Shown here: positions 48,553-54,043 of the stretch, piece after piece
Numbering within the stretch: the stretch's first letter is position 1
Layout: every line of letters starts with the position of its first letter
Source: an uncultured virus (IMG/VR IMGVR_UViG_3300037312_001617)
Taxonomy: Duplodnaviria; Heunggongvirae; Uroviricota; Caudoviricetes
Virus record (IMG/VR): IMGVR_UViG_3300037312_001617
Location: 62,001 to 116,043 of that record
Length of the DNA stretch: 54,043 nt
Reading direction: 5' to 3' (one strand)
Notes under the pieces: generated by a model
Told to the model about the DNA's origin: nothing
Database searches by the model: none
Seen by the model: only the letters and a program-made list of their open reading frames with translations
Program-made: the position numbers and the translations under genes

Positions 48553-51177
48553 ATGGGAACATGGAGAGAATTACCTGGTGGTTCTTATAGCAATGGAGTA
48601 ACAGCTTTAGCGGGATTATCAGATGTTGATGTCAGCACCCAAGTACCAACCGAAGGAGATCTGTTAAAGTACATTAATGGTAAGTGGAAACCGGGCGCAG
48701 CTGCTGCCAGTGGTAGCGGAGGAACGATTATATCTTCTTCAGGTTCAACATATATTGTCGAGTTATCAAAATGGGGAATTGTAGCGGGAATCCCTTCTAA
48801 GCCTTATAACAATGCAGCTTATACACAAGCCAACAACAACGTAGTAGGATTCAACAACGCGATTCAATACGCGGTAAATAATGGCTATACGGATATTGTT
48901 CTCCCAAGAGGTCAATATGCCATTTGTTATCCGTCCGTGATTAGCATGGCGAGTTACCTGACGTTCGATTTCAACGGTTCTACGTTGAAAGTAATCTACG
49001 ATTCCGATAACCGTTCTCCTTATGATACAGCAGGAGCATCGGCTGGTCTATCTCCATGGAAATTCTATGGAACCAGTATTGCCATGGATAACCTTGTTCA
49101 TGCACATATTAAAAACCTTACACTCATTGGCTGCCGAGCAGACAGAAGTTTCGCTGACAAGGGAACAGATGGGATTTCCGGTGAACTGTCAATGGAACAA
49201 ACTTATGGTATCTCATTCGGGAATGGTACACGTCACTGTTCGGTAAAACATTGTGATATCAGTTATTACATGGGTGATAATATCACATTTAGTTCCTTGC
49301 CAAACGGAACTCGTTGGGCTGAATTTAGCATGGGACTTACTGTAAATGACATCGATTTTACTACCGGTCAGCTTATTGCTGCTACTGACAAACTGACCAC
49401 TATGTTATTCACCCTTCCAGCTGGAACGAAAACATGGGCCATACAAGGGGCGGGATATTCACGGGCAACAAGTGCATATAACAGACACGAGTTTGATGTG
49501 TTTTACTACGATGCAAGTGGAAACTATTTAGGAGTTCTTCCTAAAAGACATTTCTATTCTCCTATCGACGTTCCATACAATGCGGCCAAATTTAGAGTTG
49601 TGTTCTTTAATGAAACCAACACGACTAAAAATATGGGTATGATCTTCGTATTTGGGGATTTCAACTACAACAACCTTGTTGAATACAACGTTTTGCATGA
49701 TTCCCATCGTGGCGGTTTAACGCTTGGCGGAAACCACAATATTGTTCAACGAAATGTCATTAAAAACAATGGTAAGTATATTGGTAGAATGTTAGACGGA
49801 AAACCAGCGTTCAATGATCCTACTCGATATGGTATCAACCAAGAGGATAGTTATGGTGAAGGTTCGATTATTAGGGAGAATGTCATCTACGGAAGTTTCC
49901 ATGGTGTCTTGATGGGTGCTTATTCCTCAATCATTGAAAATAACCATATTTATGACTGTGACTACTTAGCTATCAATGTTTATACCTTGGATTATCTGCT
50001 TATCCGTGGCAACAAGATTCAAAACTGCTTATATAATCTAGGAATTGGCGGGAATGGATTTTCTGATGGATTTGTGGAAGTTGTTCAAAATAGCTTTTAT
50101 GGGGGGATGCTTGATATCGGTTGGACAAGTAGCCCAGTTCACTACTTCCATTTTGAGTCCAATAATTTTTACAATCCACATGGCTTACAGGATGTTGGCT
50201 CTAATGCCACCTTTAAAGATAATCGTATCCGTTTGTACCTAGATGCACCGGGCCAACATGTCCCGTCTACTGCGGAATACTACGACTACTCCACTTATGA
50301 GCCAGTAGTATTTAAGATTCCGAAGATGGATAATTGCGTCATCGAAGGACGGGTAAACAGCGTATTTACAGCTAAATCGGATGCGACATTCATTACTGAC
50401 AGGTTCCTTAACTGTAAGTTATCGAACTTGAACGCAACTTTCACGACCCTTACAGACACAATAAAGGATAGTGAAGTAGCTTTTCAAGATTGCGAGTTTA
50501 ACAGTGTTTTCTTTATCAATCATGTAACAAGCAAATCAAGACATGCCAAAGCAACTCGATCTACTTTCAATGACACGATAATCAAAATATCTAATGCCGG
50601 AGTATCAACGTCTGTAGTAAAGGTAAGTATGGATAAGTGTAAAGTGAATTCCACGCTTTTAGACTCTTTCTTCTTAACGAGCTTAGACCAGACAACAGGA
50701 GCAATAGATGTAACAGATACAGAATTCACTTACTCCAATGGTGGTATGTTGAATATCGTGAGAAACTTACAGACGGCAACGAACACTCAGAATACAGCAT
50801 CGTTTAAGAATTCTACGTTCACTTATACTGGGGCTATTCCAATCGCATTGGGCTATTACAATGACAAAAACCCAATGAAGTCGTTTGTTTCTCATAACAA
50901 CAAATTCGTAAACGTCACTCTTCCGACCCAAGATGCGGGTATCTATATTGGTTATGACCCAAGTAAACAATATAAGAAGACGGTCACTCTTGCTCAAAAT
51001 GGTTCGGTGTATGAAGCGACCATCACGCACAATCTGAATACCACTGAACCATATGTATTTTGTGCGATTTCCAATCAGATTATTTATCCGACTGTAACGG
51101 TGATTGATGCTAATAACATTAAGGTGAGCCATACCGCTAGTGGTACCGCGAGTATAGCGGTTTCTAAGTTTCTATAA
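48553..51177 (+). CDS. Pectin-lyase-like right-handed beta-helix protein (putative depolymerase/tailspike)
   Basis: LAGLSDVDV...GDLLKYINGKWKP fibre motif; GFNNAIQYA...IVLPRGQY; Asn-ladder repeats; C-terminal ITHNLNT module. Confidence 0.8.
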   Translation: MGTWRELPGGSYSNGVTALAGLSDVDVSTQVPTEGDLLKYINGKWKPGAAAASGSGGTIISSSGSTYIVELSKWGIVAGIPSKPYNNAAYTQANNNVVGFNNAIQYAVNNGYTDIVLPRGQYAICYPSVISMASYLTFDFNGSTLKVIYDSDNRSPYDTAGASAGLSPWKFYGTSIAMDNLVHAHIKNLTLIGCRADRSFADKGTDGISGELSMEQTYGISFGNGTRHCSVKHCDISYYMGDNITFSSLPNGTRWAEFSMGLTVNDIDFTTGQLIAATDKLTTMLFTLPAGTKTWAIQGAGYSRATSAYNRHEFDVFYYDASGNYLGVLPKRHFYSPIDVPYNAAKFRVVFFNETNTTKNMGMIFVFGDFNYNNLVEYNVLHDSHRGGLTLGGNHNIVQRNVIKNNGKYIGRMLDGKPAFNDPTRYGINQEDSYGEGSIIRENVIYGSFHGVLMGAYSSIIENNHIYDCDYLAINVYTLDYLLIRGNKIQNCLYNLGIGGNGFSDGFVEVVQNSFYGGMLDIGWTSSPVHYFHFESNNFYNPHGLQDVGSNATFKDNRIRLYLDAPGQHVPSTAEYYDYSTYEPVVFKIPKMDNCVIEGRVNSVFTAKSDATFITDRFLNCKLSNLNATFTTLTDTIKDSEVAFQDCEFNSVFFINHVTSKSRHAKATRSTFNDTIIKISNAGVSTSVVKVSMDKCKVNSTLLDSFFLTSLDQTTGAIDVTDTEFTYSNGGMLNIVRNLQTATNTQNTASFKNSTFTYTGAIPIALGYYNDKNPMKSFVSHNNKFVNVTLPTQDAGIYIGYDPSKQYKKTVTLAQNGSVYEATITHNLNTTEPYVFCAISNQIIYPTVTVIDANNIKVSHTASGTASIAVSKFL

Positions 51178-51182
51178 TAAAA

Positions 51183-51213
51183 AAAACAGAACTCCAAAAG
51201 GGTTCTGTTTTTT
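51183..51213. terminator. Bidirectional terminator between convergent blocks
   Basis: AAAACAGAACTC-caaaa-GGGTTCTGTTTT, flanked by A and T runs. Confidence 0.85.
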
Positions 51214-51226
51214 ATTGTGCGCTGAT

Positions 51227-51610
51227 TCACTTTTTTTGACGGTTGCTCTCACGTACTGCACAATCCAATCGTTCCATTTCTCCGAGTACCCAATCGAAGG
51301 TACGCACTTGATTATTATCGTGATCGTCTATGGCTTTTTGTCGCGCCTGTAATGAGGTTTCATATAAGTTTTTAATGGCCTTGATTAACACCGTCACATC
51401 ATTTCCGTTGTGCTCATATAATTTAATGGCATTGTAGACTATTACATCATTTTTTTCTATGGCTTCTCTTTTCATTTGTCTTAACTTTTCTTCATTTGTC
51501 ACTAAATTCACCTCTTTAGTTTTCTTTGGTGCAAAAGGGTCTATGGAATAATCTGACTTACGTTTGTAAATAATTTTACCTTTCACCTTTTCGCTCTCCT
51601 TTTTAGACAC
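51227..51610 (-). CDS. Hypothetical protein
   Basis: 127-aa ORF; start codon uncertain. Confidence 0.5.
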   Translation of the reverse strand: MSKKESEKVKGKIIYKRKSDYSIDPFAPKKTKEVNLVTNEEKLRQMKREAIEKNDVIVYNAIKLYEHNGNDVTVLIKAIKNLYETSLQARQKAIDDHDNNQVRTFDWVLGEMERLDCAVRESNRQKK

Positions 51611-51644
51611 TATATATTCGTATAGCGACTTAATACTTTATACT

Positions 51645-51869
51645 TTATTGTTTTTCCATTTTGTTTTGAAGAATTTCTTTTGTTTCTTGTAGATCCAATA
51701 AATCTTTAAAAACATGATGATTAATAAAGACAGGTTCCCATCTTGAACAATAATTCCTTTGTGAATGATCTTCCCAAATATAACTAGCTTCTTCTAAAGT
51801 AATGTTATATCCTCTTTTCGCAAATTCTTCCTGAATTATTTTGCAATCCTTTAAGATTTCAGTATCCAT
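51645..51869 (-). CDS. Hypothetical phage protein
   Basis: 74 aa, RBS AAAGGAGG. Confidence 0.65.
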   Translation of the reverse strand: MDTEILKDCKIIQEEFAKRGYNITLEEASYIWEDHSQRNYCSRWEPVFINHHVFKDLLDLQETKEILQNKMEKQ

Positions 51870-51907
51870 CTTACTTCCTCCTTTGCTTCGCTATATAGGT
51901 CTATTTT

Positions 51908-52414
51908 CTATTTGTTCATCACTGCAAAAAAGTCACCCAGAGGATCGTCTTCAATTTCCTCCACGACTTCTTCTTCGCGCTGAGCAGAAAAATCAAATTG
52001 AAAATTATCAAGATCATCAAAGCTATCCAGGTCATCCACGTTCTGTAAGCCATTTCCCGTCTCTTCTTTTTGAGGGGGAATGGGTTCAGGTGTAGGTTTG
52101 GTCGGAATCATTTCGGGTACCTTGATTTCCACCGAAGAAGTAGGCTCGCTGAGGAGCTGGTAAAAGACGTTTCGTATAAGGGTTTCGGTCTGTTCGTGCT
52201 TCAGCCATTCTCTTTGTTCCTTGGTCAACGGCTGATGGAGAGGAATGGAGATGCTTTCCTGTTGAGTGCTAGCGGCAATCCCGTTAAAAAAAATTCCAGT
52301 TATTTTCTTTGAAAACTTTCGGCCCTCTGTATCCTTTAGATTCTGTAAGTATTTCAATATGTGATCAGGCGTATCAGAAGGCAAACGGAAAGAAAGAACA
52401 TGACCTCTTTCCAT
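51908..52414 (-). CDS. ParR-like DNA-binding adaptor (family I recall downstream of parM/stbA in Bacillus)
   Basis: RGHVLSFRLPSDTPDHILKYLQNLKDTEGRKFSKKI strand-helix-helix N-terminus and an acidic tail; assignment from memory. Confidence 0.55.
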   Translation of the reverse strand: MERGHVLSFRLPSDTPDHILKYLQNLKDTEGRKFSKKITGIFFNGIAASTQQESISIPLHQPLTKEQREWLKHEQTETLIRNVFYQLLSEPTSSVEIKVPEMIPTKPTPEPIPPQKEETGNGLQNVDDLDSFDDLDNFQFDFSAQREEEVVEEIEDDPLGDFFAVMNK

Positions 52415-52436
52415 CTCACCACCACCTTATTTTTGG

Positions 52437-52601
52437 TTAATACCATTCCTTTATAAAAAGAAGCGTTCCTTCGAAAAATGCCACAACCAAAATGGCAGAA
52501 TAAAATATTTTTTTCGCGATTGACCGACGTCCCATCAGATAAAGAACAATTGAGACAATAAATGCGCTAACCATAAGCCAAAAAATAAGATCTAAAAGCA
52601 T
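52437..52601 (-). CDS. Small membrane protein, 54 aa (not in ORF track)
   Basis: MLLDLIFWLMVSAFIVSIVLYLMGRRSIAKKIFYSAILVVAFFEGTLLFIKEWY; RBS AAAGGAGAG. Confidence 0.6.
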   Translation of the reverse strand: MLLDLIFWLMVSAFIVSIVLYLMGRRSIAKKIFYSAILVVAFFEGTLLFIKEWY

Positions 52602-52631
52602 TTCATTTCTCTCCTTTTTTAACCACCTATT

Positions 52632-52730
52632 TTAGCCGTATTTCTTCGCAAGTTCACCAATAACAGCAAATCCTATAAGGGCAAGAGTAAGGGGAATAAG
52701 GTCAATCACCGCATCAATAAAGGCACTCAA
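52632..52730 (-). CDS. Hydrophobic micro-peptide, 32 aa (not in ORF track)
   Basis: TTG start after AAGGAGGG; MSAFIDAVIDLIPLTLALIGFAVIGELAKKYG. Confidence 0.5.
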   Translation of the reverse strand: MSAFIDAVIDLIPLTLALIGFAVIGELAKKYG

Positions 52731-52834
52731 AGAACACCCTCCTTAATGTATGCATATTTGTATACTTACCTAATTATGCAATTAGCATATTATAAAAATA
52801 TCTAAAGGTCATGTGCCAAAAGTCCTAACATCTA

Positions 52835-52975
52835 CTAATCTTTATAAATCCTGAAATGTTCATTGATAAATTTCACTGCCTCTTCCGCTTTTTTCTGTTC
52901 TGCTTCGGTTAAATAACCGACAAACTTTATACCACGTATTTCTACCGTTACTTTTTCTTTTACTTGATTTTCCAT
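52835..52975 (-). CDS. Small hypothetical protein, 46 aa (not in ORF track)
   Basis: MENQVKEKVTVEIRGIKFVGYLTEAEQKKAEEAVKFINEHFRIYKD; RBS AAGGAG overlapping the recombinase stop. Confidence 0.55.
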   Translation of the reverse strand: MENQVKEKVTVEIRGIKFVGYLTEAEQKKAEEAVKFINEHFRIYKD

Positions 52976-52989
52976 TGTAAATAACTCCT

Positions 52990-53532
52990 TTATAAATAAA
53001 AATCGTATTGCGCCTGGTCGATCTGTTCCTGTGTGATCCCGATGTATCTTAGGGTGACGGAAGGGGAGCTGTGGTTAAAAATCTCCTGCAGCATCGCCAC
53101 ATCTTTGTTTCGTTTGTAAAAATGGTATCCATAGGTTTTGCGGCATGTGTGCGTCCCGATGTTATCGAGCCCCGCTTTCCTGGCTGCCTTATTTAATATT
53201 TTATAAGCCTGAACCCGCTGAATGGGTTTGTCGGTTAGGCGGGAAGGAAAGAGATAATCTTCTTCGCCCATATCAAAGGTATAGTCGTCGATGTCGACCC
53301 GCAGACTAGGACTAATGATGTGGGACTTCATCTTTTTTGTTTTCTGCTCGTTGATGTAGATGTGACTTTTGCCCCGTACGTGTTTGACTTTTAATTGGAG
53401 CAGGTCACTGATCCTGAGTCCGGTGTTTATTCCCATGACGAATAAAAACCAATTTCTGTAACTTTCTTTTTTTAGGATGCGTTTGACTTCTTCGATTTTT
53501 TCTGGGTCTCGGATTGGTTGAACGAACTTCAT
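52990..53532 (-). CDS. Tyrosine recombinase, catalytic-domain-only (~180 aa) Bacillus phage/plasmid type
   Basis: MKFVQPIRD start; NTGLRISD, EQKTKK, GTHTCRKT, FNHSS, TLRYIG give the R-K-H-R-H-Y set. Confidence 0.92.
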   Translation of the reverse strand: MKFVQPIRDPEKIEEVKRILKKESYRNWFLFVMGINTGLRISDLLQLKVKHVRGKSHIYINEQKTKKMKSHIISPSLRVDIDDYTFDMGEEDYLFPSRLTDKPIQRVQAYKILNKAARKAGLDNIGTHTCRKTYGYHFYKRNKDVAMLQEIFNHSSPSVTLRYIGITQEQIDQAQYDFYL

Positions 53533-53616
53533 TTTAGCGCTCCCTGTGTTTCCTTTTTGTATACAAGTATAACCGATATGTTTCCCTATTAAAAATGAAA
53601 AAAACGGGAGACTCCG

Positions 53617-53640
53617 AAAACGTTGATTTATCAACGTTTT
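53617..53640. repeat. Perfect palindrome upstream of the recombinase (candidate binding/resolution site)
   Basis: AAAACGTTGAT-tt-ATCAACGTTTT. Confidence 0.6.
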
Positions 53641-53752
53641 TGGATAGTCGACCTATTGAAAGAGAGAAACATAATGTCTCTTTTGTTTCCCTTCGGGTCC
53701 GTGAGCGCTCTGAACGTTCTTTTGACGATGCTCTACCCATCTCGATGCAAAA

Positions 53753-53776
53753 TAAAAACAGTGCCCCGAAGGGCAC
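53753..53776 (-). terminator. Terminator with UUCG loop
   Basis: Minus strand GTGCCC-TTCG-GGGCAC then TGTTTTT. Confidence 0.75.
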
Positions 53777-53780
53777 CGCT

Positions 53781-53984
53781 TTATACTAGTGTCGTTAGCA
53801 TGCTTCCATTAATCATTTTAATCTTTAATATTCCATCATTGATCATTTTGCTTAATTGTGTTCCAATTTCTCGGTTTAATACATTGTTTTTCTTTGCTAA
53901 TGTTTCGATTACATAAGAACCTCTTACTGCTCCATGTTGTTTCACCATATTCATAATTTGTGTTTTTATTTCTTGTACTTCCAT
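53781..53984 (-). CDS. Small hypothetical protein, possibly winged helix
   Basis: 67 aa with RBS AAAGGAGAG; IGTQLSKMINDGILKI pattern. Confidence 0.6.
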   Translation of the reverse strand: MEVQEIKTQIMNMVKQHGAVRGSYVIETLAKKNNVLNREIGTQLSKMINDGILKIKMINGSMLTTLV

Positions 53985-54043
53985 TTCTCATCTCTCCTTT
54001 TGTTTTCTTCACTTTTCTTATAACAGGAAAAAGACAAAAAAAT

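Larger units (their letters stand above)
1..54043. mobile_element. Segment of a large myovirus-like phage-plasmid or prophage of a Bacillus-like host
   Basis: Capsid, contractile tail and lysis genes together with plasmid-type partition genes, FtsK and a resolvase-like recombinase; no obvious chromosomal housekeeping context. Confidence 0.8.

Noticed and set aside
10428..51132. Numerous 60-140 aa antisense or alternate-frame ORFs in the ORF track
   Set aside because: They lie wholly within long, well-supported genes, lack RBSs and show shadow-ORF composition
53534..53916. Overlapping ORFs 53534-53776, 53595-53789 and 53623-53916
   Set aside because: They cross a palindrome- and terminator-rich intergenic region and show no recognisable protein features
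1..54043. CRISPR arrays, tRNA/rRNA genes, IS elements, inteins
   Set aside because: No regularly spaced repeats, cloverleafs, transposase motifs or intein splice motifs noticed by eye; short or degenerate cases could be missed without tools

Overview
Low-GC, Bacillus-type sequence (host-like SSB, CwlC-like amidase-SPOR endolysin, GGAGG RBSs) that reads as part of a large myovirus-like phage-plasmid or prophage. Left arm (1-9.6 kb): truncated FtsK/SpoIIIE ATPase, ParB-N-domain protein, a DGQHR/DndB-ParA-small adaptor operon, a Myb/HTH-repeat regulator, and nucleotide/replication genes (dimeric dUTPase, highly divergent ThyX-fold protein, Tmk, SSB). Centre (9.7-40.7 kb): co-oriented virion module with Zn-finger prohead protease-like protein, scaffold/core proteins, decoration protein, major capsid protein, neck, contractile sheath, tube, chaperones, tape measure, LysM protein, multi-enzyme baseplate hub, baseplate J, fibres, endolysin and holin. 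No portal or terminase is recognisable in the window. Then (40.8-51.2 kb) an operon of four FN3/CHB_HEX_C/LamG/beta-helix appendage genes, followed by a minus-strand block with a ParR-like protein, micro-ORFs and a tyrosine recombinase. Most notable: (1) an FN3 domain split cleanly between genes, with one N-half and two alternative C-halves; (2) a dense [LMF]-x-K-x-A motif in head proteins that also tags a distant ParB-domain protein; (3) a 16-bp TAGG-N8-CCTA operator-like motif at most operon boundaries; (4) a ThyX fold lacking its canonical catalytic motif. All calls come from reading motifs by eye; no database searches were run.
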